From: a virus
Taxonomy: Duplodnaviria > Caudoviricetes
Reading direction: 5' to 3' (one strand)
Virus record (IMG/VR): IMGVR_UViG_2876334352_000001
Length of the DNA: 64,000 bases
Shown: positions 28,938 to 37,890 of the stretch, in pieces
How the letters are laid out: each line of letters starts with the position of its first letter
Numbering within the stretch: position 1 is the first letter of the stretch
Translations under genes and position numbers: made by a program
Notes under the pieces: model-generated
The model's input: the letters and a program-made list of their open reading frames with translations, nothing else
What the model was told of the DNA's origin: nothing
Database searches by the model: none

Positions 28938-29207
28938 ATGAAATCCATCGCCGATATCAACCAGCAGATGAACAAGGTGCAGTCCGCCATTATGGCGCTC
29001 AACGCCATGAACACTACCGTGCAGAGCGTCATGATTGCTGGCAGTAAGCCGGTTATCCGTATCGCCCGCAACGGGCACTGTGCCCGCCTGCTGGAGCAGG
29101 GCAAAGCGAGTTATACCCATGTTGGCCATGACGGCTCAGGGCGCTTCCGTCAGGGCGTCTTTGAGTTGCATGGCTGCCGTATTACCTGGTCAGAGTCGTT
29201 ACATTAA
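28938..29207 (+). CDS. Hypothetical phage protein
   Basis: GGAG SD; in the early operon. Confidence 0.7.
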   Translation: MKSIADINQQMNKVQSAIMALNAMNTTVQSVMIAGSKPVIRIARNGHCARLLEQGKASYTHVGHDGSGRFRQGVFELHGCRITWSESLH

Positions 29208-29224
29208 CCATAAGGTGAACAGAG

Positions 29225-29836
29225 ATGAGCGAAGTAAATAAAGAAAACTACATGAAAGACCGCAAGGGGCGTCTGGTGCCGGTTGACCAGGTGTCTGACT
29301 ATGACCTTGCGATGGACTCTTTCGTTAAAGAACAGGTTGCCGCCGCGAAGGTTAAACGCGATGAACTCAGCGACTTCAAGCGTCGTGCCTTTGACGAGTG
29401 CTATGCCTGGCTTGACCTTGTGGCCGAGAAGTACGGCAGAACACGCGGCGGTGCCAAAGGCAACGTGACCTTCAGCAGCTTCGACGGTGCTCAGCAGATC
29501 ACCATCCGCGTGCAGGAAACCCTGACCTTCGGGCCAGAGCTGCAGATTGCCAAAGACCTGATAGACGAGTGCGTCACCGAGTGGTCGGAAGGCGCGAACG
29601 CCAACCTGCGGGCCATCATCAGCGATGCTTTTCAGGTGGACAAAGAGGGCCAGCTTAATACCGGACGTATTCTTTCCCTGCGCCGCGTCAAGATTCAGGA
29701 CGAGCGCTGGAACCGGGCAATGGAGGCTATATCGGAATCACTGCAAGTGGCAATGTCCAAAACCTATATTAATTTCCGGGAGAAAGATAAACACGGGAAG
29801 CTAATTAATATCCCGTTAGATATCGCTGCCATTTAA
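29225..29836 (+). CDS. DUF3164 family protein
   Basis: DRKGRLVP, GGAKGNVTFSSFDG, AFQVDKEG. Confidence 0.8.
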   Translation: MSEVNKENYMKDRKGRLVPVDQVSDYDLAMDSFVKEQVAAAKVKRDELSDFKRRAFDECYAWLDLVAEKYGRTRGGAKGNVTFSSFDGAQQITIRVQETLTFGPELQIAKDLIDECVTEWSEGANANLRAIISDAFQVDKEGQLNTGRILSLRRVKIQDERWNRAMEAISESLQVAMSKTYINFREKDKHGKLINIPLDIAAI

Positions 29837-29914
29837 TTTTAATTCAATTTCTTTTTATTTCGGCGTCAGCGCTGTGGGTTTCTGCACGCCGAAAACAGCA
29901 TTAAGGAATAAAAC

Positions 29915-30103
29915 ATGTCCATCAAATGTACCAACTGCCAGAAAGGTATCACCACCCTGAAGTTCAGCGACGCCAGCGTCATTACCTCCGGTAAGTACCG
30001 TGTGCCAGCCGTCCTCATCACGCTGGTATGCCCTCACTGCAGCCAGCATTACTACACCGAAGTTCCGGCCATGGAGTTCATCCCCTGCGAGGCAAAAAAA
30101 TGA
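29915..30103 (+). CDS. Small zinc-ribbon protein
   Basis: Two CxxC motifs (CTNC, CPHC). Confidence 0.65.
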   Translation: MSIKCTNCQKGITTLKFSDASVITSGKYRVPAVLITLVCPHCSQHYYTEVPAMEFIPCEAKK

Positions 30104-30396
30104 AAGGCATGAAATTATATAACCGCTCCACTATATACAATCTGGCCCTGAAAACCTTTGGCCCTGAAGCACAGGCGCTGAAGCTGATGGAAGAAGCCGC
30201 CGAGCTGGCCGCTGCTGCCGCCCGCAACATGAACGGACTGGGCAGTGAAGTTGATCTGGCTGGCGAACTGGCTGACGTTGAAATCATGATTGAACAGTTC
30301 CGCCTCAACGGGATGGGCCTGATGATTGATTTTCATAAGCAGAAAAAGCTGGAACGCCTTGCCGAACGCCTGGGGGTGACTTATGCCGCAGAATAA
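30100..30396 (+). CDS. MazG-like nucleotide pyrophosphohydrolase
   Basis: EEAAEL..ELADVEIM motif. Confidence 0.7.
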   Translation: MKGMKLYNRSTIYNLALKTFGPEAQALKLMEEAAELAAAAARNMNGLGSEVDLAGELADVEIMIEQFRLNGMGLMIDFHKQKKLERLAERLGVTYAAE

Positions 30397-31072
30397 TGAA
30401 AAGCTGCTGGAGAAGTTAAAAAAGCTGCTGGCGCTGGCTAAATCTGACAACCCCCATGAAGCTGCACTGGCCCTACAACGCGCCCAGAAGCTGATGCAGG
30501 CCTATAACATCACCCAGGCTGACCTCGCACTCAGCGATATTGATGAAAGCGTCAGTCACTACTGGGCAGCAGGTAGCGTTAACCCACCGCGATACATGCT
30601 GGGTCTGCTGGATATTATCCAGGTGGCATTTGGCGTTAAGTCTATTATTCACTCCGGCTTTAAACCCAGCGTTGGTTTTTACGGTAATAAAGACCGGGTT
30701 GAACTGGCCTCATATACATGGGAGGTACTGGCCAGACAATTAATCGTGGCCCGTAAAAACTATATTCGACAGCAGAATAAAAGAATCAAAAACACGACCA
30801 AGACCAGTCGTGGTGACAAGTTTGCCGAAGGCTGGGTTCTGGCCGTGCGCAGCGAGGTTCATTTATTTGCTATGTCCCGCGAAGAACGGGAGCTGGCAAG
30901 CCTCTGGCTTGAACAAAAATACCCTGACTCAGGCACAACTACGGGCCGTGGGGCCGGGAAGTCACGTGACGCAGACATGTCCCGCCACATCGGTTACAGA
31001 GAAGGGGAAAACGTCCGCCTGCATCAGCCCGTTGGCGGGCAGGAGCAGCATAAACTGAGGGCTGAAAGATGA
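30383..31072 (+). CDS. DUF2786 family protein
   Basis: KLKKLLALAKSDNPHEAALALQRAQKLM. Confidence 0.8.
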   Translation: MPQNNEKLLEKLKKLLALAKSDNPHEAALALQRAQKLMQAYNITQADLALSDIDESVSHYWAAGSVNPPRYMLGLLDIIQVAFGVKSIIHSGFKPSVGFYGNKDRVELASYTWEVLARQLIVARKNYIRQQNKRIKNTTKTSRGDKFAEGWVLAVRSEVHLFAMSREERELASLWLEQKYPDSGTTTGRGAGKSRDADMSRHIGYREGENVRLHQPVGGQEQHKLRAER

Positions 31073-31296
31073 TGTTATCGCGTAAGAAGAAAGCACCGAA
31101 CCCTTGTCGTACAGCTGCTAAATATCTTTTTGCTCGCGCCTTTTTTAAGAACGTAAGGCCCGGCATTCAAATTGGCATTATTGCTGGACGAGAGCAGGTT
31201 AAAAATTACATGTCAGGTGCATGGTGGAATAACGATCCGGTTACTACAGCCCGTAACATTCATATTAACTGGGGTGGGATTCATTATGATGGCTGA
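31069..31296 (+). CDS. Hypothetical protein
   Basis: Coupled to the upstream stop. Confidence 0.5.
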   Translation: MMLSRKKKAPNPCRTAAKYLFARAFFKNVRPGIQIGIIAGREQVKNYMSGAWWNNDPVTTARNIHINWGGIHYDG

Positions 31297-31501
31297 ATCA
31301 ATTGTATGTGCCCTGTTCTGGTATGGTCTCGTGGGGTGGTGTACTGCTGAACTGCACCGCCGCTCAGGTTTTTACTCACGTTACAGCGGTGCCGGACACT
31401 GGATCAGTTGGGCCGTTATGTTCATGTGCTGGCCTGTTGCGCTTCCTTTATATGTCGATTATATCGGTGGCGCAGGTAAAAGGAGCGACGATGATGACTA
31501 A
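31286..31501 (+). CDS. Small membrane protein
   Basis: Two hydrophobic segments; overlaps both neighbours. Confidence 0.55.
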   Translation: MMAESIVCALFWYGLVGWCTAELHRRSGFYSRYSGAGHWISWAVMFMCWPVALPLYVDYIGGAGKRSDDDD

Positions 31502-31919
31502 GCAGCGTCTTATTCAACTCATCCATATTGCCCGCAATGACCTCCAGATGGATGAGGACACCTACCGCCAGATGCTACAGGGGCTGACCGGCAAAGCCTC
31601 AACCAAAGGGATGGATACCCCACAGCTAAACCGCGTGCTGGAATCCATGAAAAATAAAGGCTTTCGCATTAAGCCTGCCGGGAAAGCCAAGTCCGGCTTA
31701 CCGCTGGATAGTCATCCGCAGTCAAAGAAAATCCGTGCGCTATGGCTTGAAATGGCTGCCGCAGGCATCGTCCGAGACAGTTCAGAGCAGGCGCTGGCGC
31801 TGTGGGTTAAACGGGAAACAGGCATCAGCGCGTTACGCTGGCTCAGCAATGAGCAGGCAAGTAGCGTGATTGAGAAACTGAAGAAGTGGCAGCGCAGAGC
31901 TGCGGGAGTGAAGCAATGA
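31491..31919 (+). CDS. gemA: Mu gp16/GemA family protein
   Basis: IHIARNDLQMDEDTYR..KIRALW..VIEKLKKW. Confidence 0.85.
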   Translation: MMTKQRLIQLIHIARNDLQMDEDTYRQMLQGLTGKASTKGMDTPQLNRVLESMKNKGFRIKPAGKAKSGLPLDSHPQSKKIRALWLEMAAAGIVRDSSEQALALWVKRETGISALRWLSNEQASSVIEKLKKWQRRAAGVKQ

Positions 31920-32305
31920 GCGACCTGAATCAGTTTCGTAGTAAAGGGCCGGAACTGTTGGTAGAACTGGCACAGCATACCTCTGAGACCGTCCGCGAGA
32001 TTATTGATATCGAACCCGCAGTTGCCGACCAGATTGGTCAGGCCGTCGCGAACCGCATGATGCAGGTCTGGGGTGGGCAAAACGTCTATTTTCCGATGGG
32101 CATGGTCTGGAAGGTCAGTCAGCGCGACCGGGAAATCTTCCTGGAGTTTGACGGACGCAACCATCACGAACTGGCCCGCAAATTCGGTGTTTCACTACAG
32201 TGGGTTTACAGCGTGGTGAAGCGGGTCAGAAAAGAAGAATTGGATCGGATGCAGGGCAAACTGTTTGATGGTGACTCTGATTCAGAGAAGGTGGAAAATA
32301 GCTAA
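31916..32305 (+). CDS. Mor/C-family transcription activator
   Basis: WGGQNVYFP..RDREIF.EFDGRNHHELARKF. Confidence 0.9.
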   Translation: MSDLNQFRSKGPELLVELAQHTSETVREIIDIEPAVADQIGQAVANRMMQVWGGQNVYFPMGMVWKVSQRDREIFLEFDGRNHHELARKFGVSLQWVYSVVKRVRKEELDRMQGKLFDGDSDSEKVENS

Positions 32306-32324
32306 GCTATTTATAGGAGGACAG

Positions 32325-32654
32325 ATGGCCAGACCAAGCAATATTGATAAACTGCCAGAGGATGTTCGTGCCGAGCTTCATAGCGAATTATCGCGCACAA
32401 ACTTCACCGGTTATGAATGGCTCTCGCTCTGGTTAGCCGATAAAGGTTACAGCGTATCGAAGTCAGCCATTCAGCGTTATGCTGTCGCGAATAAAAATGA
32501 AATTCTGGGCCTACAGCAAGAGAGTCTATTCCATCAGGCACAGCTTCGACTTAATGCGCTTGGTGTAGCGGCAACAATTTCACCAGGAAAAGACCTTGGA
32601 AGTTTGAAGAATGATGCAGATGCACTACTAAAATGGGCGTTGTTTGGTTACTGA
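32325..32654 (+). CDS. Second DUF3486-like (small-terminase N-terminus-like) protein
   Basis: AGGAGG SD; first ~52 aa align with 18835..19380. Confidence 0.75.
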   Translation: MARPSNIDKLPEDVRAELHSELSRTNFTGYEWLSLWLADKGYSVSKSAIQRYAVANKNEILGLQQESLFHQAQLRLNALGVAATISPGKDLGSLKNDADALLKWALFGY

Positions 32655-32750
32655 ATGAGTGGGGGGCATCGTCCCCCTTAATTTTCATATACTGTAAATG
32701 AATTACATAACCTTTTGTTTGTCTCTTCCCATCACGTACCATAAAGTCCC

Positions 32751-32793
32751 ATTTATCTTACGGTACCCCCTATATTTATCTCACGTCTAATCA
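32751..32793. repeat. Prophage right end with putative transposase-binding repeats
   Basis: ATTTATCTTACG (32751) and ATTTATCTCACG (32774), then terminal CA. Confidence 0.65.
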
Positions 32794-33553
32794 ACTGACC
32801 GCCATGCTTCAGTCACTGGATGAGCCAGTGGCAAAAGCAGCGAAGTCGAGCGGCAGCGATGGCATTGACGATCTGCTGGCTGGTCTGGATGACCAAATCA
32901 CCCGTCCGGTTGAAGCTGTTGCGGATGAGGTCATAAATAGCGTGGCAAATGACGACATGAGCAGTGTCTTTGAAGAGCTGGAGGGCGAGCACGAGTCCGT
33001 GAAGGTTGTTGAGCCAGGACACGATCTGGCATCCGAGCCAACAACTGAAAACGAACCTGTGATTGAAGCGCACAACAATGAGTTTAAAGGAACCGATCCT
33101 ACTCCTGCGCCTGAAGTGCAAACGACTAAAACAGAGCGGGCGCCAGCCAAGCCTCGCTTCACTTTCGAAGGCAAGGATGAAGAGTTCTTTGGTAGTGCGG
33201 GTCTGGATCGCGAGGCTTTTATCAGTGCCTTCGAGAAGGCTCCTGTGAAAGCGAAGGATAAGATCTTAAACCTTCTCAACTGGTTCAGTGGTGGTCCGGA
33301 AATTAGCGTTTATACGGTGATTGCTGTGCGCCATATTCTCGAAACCAAGACGGCGACCAGTAACAGCATCAAGCTGGCACTGATGAGCAATCCGGAAAAG
33401 CCGTATCCGCTTAACACTGCCTCAACACAGGCTGGTCAGATGATGGCGCTGTTTCCTGCTGTCGGCATCGCGACGCGTGATGGTGGAACGCTGACGCTGA
33501 ACGAAGCGTCCCCGATCATCAAGAAATTTGTAACGGAGTACACTATTGGATGA
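32794..33553 (+). pseudogene. Backbone gene, probably 5'-interrupted by the prophage
   Basis: Frame (..LTAMLQSLDEPV) continues up to the phage end; no SD before the ATG at 32804. Confidence 0.6.
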
Positions 33554-33607
33554 CCTCTTCCAGCCTAAAGAAGAGTCCTTTCTAAGATTAAACTGTATGC
33601 CGCTGTT

Positions 33608-33640
33608 GATTTGGGCGATTTTAGCCATATCGCCCAAATC
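33608..33640. terminator. Hairpin between convergent genes
   Basis: GATTTGGGCGAT / ATCGCCCAAATC perfect 12-bp stem. Confidence 0.55.
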
Positions 33641-33668
33641 GTTGTGCAGGCCTGTCTTGGAGTTCACG

Positions 33669-33754
33669 GGTAATGCTGCCAACTTACTGATTTAGTGTAT
33701 GATGGTGTTTTTGAGGTGCTCCAGTGGCTTCCATTTCCATCAGATGTCCTTCCT
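33669..33754 (+). mobile_element. IS1 left-end stub (86 bp)
   Basis: GGTAATGCTGCCAACTTACTGAT plus the start of insA, cut at the MITE. Confidence 0.92.
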
Positions 33755-34011
33755 GGGGTCGGTTTGGGAAATGGAAATTATTGTACGTTAAGAACATAAT
33801 TTAACCGTTTCTGATTGGTAACTGATTGATTTATTGTTACTGACTATCGCATTTAAGTTATTGCGCTCACGCTGTCGCATTTAGGTTGTCTCATTACCCA
33901 AACATACAGGCTAAATGCCGTATAGTGCAGGAGTACACCCTATTGCGATAGCGCGATCTGTTCAAAAAACAGGCTTAACGTACAATAATTTCCGATCTCC
34001 AAACTCACCCC
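33755..34011. mobile_element. Tn3-derived miniature element (257 bp)
   Basis: 38-bp IRs GGGGT...GTACGTTAAG, 32/38 identical; no transposase. Confidence 0.88.
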
Positions 34012-34223
34012 TTATTCACGCTGGCCAACCTGTTTCGGGCGGACCAAATGATACGTCAGTGGGAGAGATCTCACTAAAAACTGGGGATAACGCCTTAAAT
34101 GGCGAAGAAACGGTCTAAATAGGCTGATTCAAGGCATTTACGGGAGAAAAAATCGGCTCAAACATGAAGAAATGAAATGACTGAGTTAGCCGAGAAGAAT
34201 TTCCCCGCTTATTCGCACCTTCC
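34012..34223 (+). mobile_element. IS5 end remnant
   Basis: Encodes [21 protein letters not shown]; ends TTATTCGCACCTTCC followed by a CTAA target. Confidence 0.88.
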
Positions 34224-34242
34224 CTAACTTTGCAACAGTGTC
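34224..34242 (+). mobile_element. IS26/IS6-family terminal remnant
   Basis: CTAACTTTGCAACAGTGTC, one mismatch to the recalled IS26 end CTAACTTTGCAACAGTGCC. Confidence 0.65.
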
Positions 34243-34348
34243 TTATATTTTGTATAACTTAGTAAACATATTTAACCTGACAGACACCTAATAAAAATAA
34301 GTAACTGCCAGATTAAGTTTTAGCTAGTTCAATTATATGGAAATCATT

Positions 34349-35890
34349 TTATAAATCTTGGTCGAAATCATAAACTTTACCATTTTTCACCAATCGCTGT
34401 TTTTCAATAAATTTATCGTTTAGTAGTGAACAACCTTTTTTAATCTTACTTTCAATAAAGGATAACTCTAAACTAGTATCTACGAAACATTCGGATGTTA
34501 TTTTTTTATCTTTATTAATTGAAAGTTTTTGTATTAGCTCAGGATGTTGTTTATGGTATAAATCATTAAACCAAAAAAAATGAGCAATGTTATAGTTGCC
34601 TTTTGTATTACCGCCATACAACGATTTACCATCATCATAAATAGCAGTTCCATGGTCTGAAATAAAAGATAAATATGCAAGTCCATCTGTATTTTTTAAC
34701 ACATTAATGAAATCGCTTATCTGTTTATCAACAGAAAATAATTCTGAATTAGCATAGCTATTTTCTAATTTATCCTTATCTTTTAAAGATGGAGTTGAAT
34801 ATGTTTTTTCATTAAAAGATGGTTTGAAAACATCATAATTTGATGGATACCTTGTATGATACAGATAATGACTCCCGATAGTTTTATAAACTATGAGCTT
34901 TTTCTTGCTTTTATTATTTAATATTTTCTCTAATGTATTCACGTTGACATCAGATACAACATAATGATCAGCTTCATTTGCAATTAAATTTATTTCATTA
35001 TCTCCTATGTGACTTTTACTCAGATAAGAAACATACCAAGTTTCATATCCAGCCTCTTTATAAGCACTAATTATTGATGTTTCATTAAAAAGACCATTAT
35101 CATACACACCTTTTCTGGAAAGGATCATTGGTGTGGAAACTAAAGTATATGCTCCTTGAGATATTGTGTTTTTAAAAGAAACTAAATTTTCTTTATCTAA
35201 ATTTGGGGTTGTGTTTTTAGGGTAACCATTAAAATGTAAATAATCTCCTCTATTGGTTTCGCCTAAAAAAAGAACCACTGTTTGCTTATCATTTATTGTA
35301 GATTTAGAATCCCACTTGAAGTTTTTTTTATCTTTTATAATTTGTGCGTTTTTCTTAAGTTCAGATAAACCTTTATTAATTTCTTTCAAAGCTAATCCTA
35401 ATGGCTTAAAGGCGATTAACAAAGAAACAAACAGAATAATGAAAATATAAAAATGCCTTAACTGAAATTTAGAGTCTCTTTTTCCAATAAGAATAAATAA
35501 GAAGTTACATGCTATGATTAGTAGCCCTATAATTTCTTTTGTTGAAAAGAAAAAATTACTATTAATCTCATCTGGGTTAGTATCAAGAATAATATTAATG
35601 ATTTCATTTGGCACCTGATGAAAATACCAGGAGGTCATTCGATATGTCATTAAATCAACAAATAGAAGTGAAATAATAAAACTTGATATTGATAAAGAAA
35701 TAATTGAATTAATTTTTGAAATGTAACCATAGAAAAAAATAACACCAAGTATGATAAGCGTTAAGGAGTAATAAATATTACTAGCGATTATTCTATGGGA
35801 AGTATTAATTATAAAAATTAGATTAATAATACATAAAGCTATGTATATGTTTTTTTGATGGTTTTTTGAAATTTTATTGATGATGTTCAT
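34349..35890 (-). CDS. Phosphoethanolamine transferase (EptA/CptA/Opt, sulfatase superfamily)
   Basis: N-terminal TMs; LGETNR, NGYPKNTTPNL, AYT nucleophile position, GSH, SDHG. Start could be 35941. Confidence 0.88.
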   Translation of the reverse strand: MNIINKISKNHQKNIYIALCIINLIFIINTSHRIIASNIYYSLTLIILGVIFFYGYISKINSIISLSISSFIISLLFVDLMTYRMTSWYFHQVPNEIINIILDTNPDEINSNFFFSTKEIIGLLIIACNFLFILIGKRDSKFQLRHFYIFIILFVSLLIAFKPLGLALKEINKGLSELKKNAQIIKDKKNFKWDSKSTINDKQTVVLFLGETNRGDYLHFNGYPKNTTPNLDKENLVSFKNTISQGAYTLVSTPMILSRKGVYDNGLFNETSIISAYKEAGYETWYVSYLSKSHIGDNEINLIANEADHYVVSDVNVNTLEKILNNKSKKKLIVYKTIGSHYLYHTRYPSNYDVFKPSFNEKTYSTPSLKDKDKLENSYANSELFSVDKQISDFINVLKNTDGLAYLSFISDHGTAIYDDGKSLYGGNTKGNYNIAHFFWFNDLYHKQHPELIQKLSINKDKKITSECFVDTSLELSFIESKIKKGCSLLNDKFIEKQRLVKNGKVYDFDQDL

Positions 35891-36030
35891 TATTTGATAA
35901 CATAGATATAAGTAAGTAAGTAAGTTTAAAAAAAAAATCATAGGAAATCCATTATTTAATTAAAAAGCCGCTCTCGGTAATGCTGCCAACTTACTGATTT
36001 AGTGTATGATGGTGATTTTTAGGTGCTTGC

Positions 36031-36306
36031 ATGGCTTCCATTTCCATCAGATGTCCTTCCTGCTCCGCTACTGAAGGCGTGGTGCGTAACGGCAAAAGCA
36101 CTGCCGGACATCAGCGCTATCTCTGCTCTCATTGCCGTAAAACATGGCAACTACAGTTCACTTACACCGCCTCTCAGCCCGGTACGCACCAGAAAATCAT
36201 TGATATGGCCATGAATGGCATCGGATGTCGCGCCAGTGCACGCATTATGGGCGTTGGCCTCAACACGGTTTTACGTCACTTAAAAAACTCAGGCCGCAGT
36301 CGGTAA
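36031..36306 (+). CDS. insA: IS1 InsA
   Basis: [30 protein letters not shown]. Confidence 0.95.
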   Translation: MASISIRCPSCSATEGVVRNGKSTAGHQRYLCSHCRKTWQLQFTYTASQPGTHQKIIDMAMNGIGCRASARIMGVGLNTVLRHLKNSGRSR

Positions 36307-36728
36307 CCTCGCGCATACAACCGGGCAGTGATGTGATTGTCTGTGCTGAAATGGACGAACAGTGGGGCTACGTCGGTGCTAAATCACGTCAGCGCTGGCT
36401 GTTTTACGCGTATGACAGGATACGGAGGACGGTTGTGGCGCACGTCTTCGGTGAACGCACTCTGGCCACACTGGAGCGTCTTCTGAGCCTGCTGTCGGCC
36501 TTTGAGGTCGTGGTATAGATGACGGATGGCTGGCCGCTGCATGAATCACGCCTGAAGGGAAAGCTGCACGTTATCAGCAAGCGTTACACTCAGCGCATTG
36601 AGCGACATAACCTGAATCTGAGACAACATCTGGCAAGGCTGGGACGGAAGTCACTGTCGTTCTCAAAATCGGTGGAGCTGCATGACAAGGTCATCGGGCA
36701 TTATCTGAACATAAAACACTATCAGTAA
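36225..36728 (+). pseudogene. insB: IS1 InsB interrupted by TAG at 36516-36518
   Basis: FEVVV*MTDGWP where IS1 has W. Confidence 0.88.
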
Positions 36729-36756
36729 GTTGGAGTCATTACCAGTTCACGCGGAT

Positions 36757-36970
36757 TTAGATATTCCGATCCTGTTTCGCGCTATTCCCCTTCACAAGGT
36801 CGGCCGCCCAGGCGACGAGGTAAGCCAGAGCAAAAAAACCGACGAACCCGGCTAGTTTCATCAACCATCCATCGAGTATAAAAAGGCAACCAAAAGCCGC
36901 AAAAGCGCATAGACAGGTTGAAACCGCTTCGACCATATTTGCCGAATAAACCCTCACGGATTTCAAAATA
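36757..36970 (-). CDS. Small two-TM membrane protein (start uncertain)
   Basis: Hydrophobic pair of helices directly behind the upstream gene. Confidence 0.55.
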
Positions 36971-37606
36971 CTATTTCGCGAGGAGTTTGCAGATTTCATT
37001 TTCAATCCCTTTGCACTGAACCGGATGGCTTTCAATATACATTAGATAAGGTTCAAGTTCACTTTCAACGAGAAAGTAAACCATATCCAGATTCATGTAG
37101 ACGACCTTGTAATAGGTGATCGGGTATTTTTGCTGCATACGTCGAGATGCTCTTGCAGCTTCTTCGATCAGGCCTTGTATCATAACGATGTTGAGAGTAA
37201 AGGCTGACGCCACGCGAGTGATACGCATCATGATGTCGCTCATTTTTACCCGATTTATTATACGCTTAGCAATATACTGGGAGATGAACGCGTTTGCGCC
37301 CATACGGCTGCCCAACTTTGCATCTGAGTAATGAAGCTTATCGTTAATCGCTTTCTTACCTGCATCATCTAGTTTCTCATAGAAATCACTGATCACCATC
37401 GTAACCAGTTTCCTGACCGGCTCTTCATTCGATGCAAGATCTTTAAACGCTCTCATAAATCGCTCGGTTTCATACTCATTACGGACTTTCATCTCGCGAC
37501 CAAAGGCGCCTGACCCTTCAGCCGTTCTTACAATGGTTAAATAAAGCCCTTGTGGAACAGCCGCCAGCCCGTCAACAATTCCTTTCGCTACCAGTTTTGC
37601 ATCCAT
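36971..37606 (-). CDS. Hypothetical protein
   Basis: ~211-aa ORF; probable start MDAKLV. Confidence 0.7.
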   Translation of the reverse strand: MDAKLVAKGIVDGLAAVPQGLYLTIVRTAEGSGAFGREMKVRNEYETERFMRAFKDLASNEEPVRKLVTMVISDFYEKLDDAGKKAINDKLHYSDAKLGSRMGANAFISQYIAKRIINRVKMSDIMMRITRVASAFTLNIVMIQGLIEEAARASRRMQQKYPITYYKVVYMNLDMVYFLVESELEPYLMYIESHPVQCKGIENEICKLLAK

Positions 37607-37778
37607 AAAATCCATCTCACGAAATATGCCAATTTTGTAGGTTATCAAAACTGTATTGCTGAATAGCTAACCATCATTCTATTTCAGAAAATTCCCAGAG
37701 CCTTGAACTAAGCAGTTTAGATTTTAAAGAGTCTGAGCGTTTAAGACGCTACATAAGACCATCCATACCCAGTACCCA

Positions 37779-37830
37779 AAAAACGCGCCAGAATGCATCT
37801 CCTTTGCAAATTCTGGCGCGTTTTCTTTTT
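37779..37830. terminator. Bidirectional terminator-like hairpin
   Basis: AAAACGCGCCAGAAT..ATTCTGGCGCGTTTT. Confidence 0.55.
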
Positions 37831-37890
37831 GTTTGCTATTTGCTTTGCCAAATGAAAAAATAGGTAAGTAATTACCTAATGGGAAGAGCA

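Larger units (their letters stand above)
1..32793. mobile_element. Transposable Mu-like (BcepMu/SalMu-type) prophage; left end outside the window
   Basis: DDE transposase, ExeA-like AAA B protein, Mor, GemA, DUF935 portal, Mu-type protease/gpF/gpG and P2-like tail. Ends in CA at 32792-32793, preceded by ATTTATCTYACG repeats. Confidence 0.93.
33669..36743 (+). mobile_element. IS1-bounded composite transposon
   Basis: Starts at an IS1 IRL and ends at an IS1 IRR; AGTTCACG at 33661-33668 and 36744-36751. Confidence 0.88.
35976..36743 (+). mobile_element. IS1 (768 bp) with an insB nonsense codon
   Basis: Both IRs, insA and the A6C frameshift site are present. Confidence 0.96.

Noticed and set aside
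34349-35941. Calling the PEtN transferase an mcr colistin-resistance gene
   Set aside because: It lacks the EptA/MCR SCGT motif and Cys pattern; only superfamily motifs are shared
35955-35990. IS1 outward hybrid promoter for the cargo gene
   Set aside because: TTGGCA is present, but the best -10 (TTTAAT) is 19 bp away; weak support
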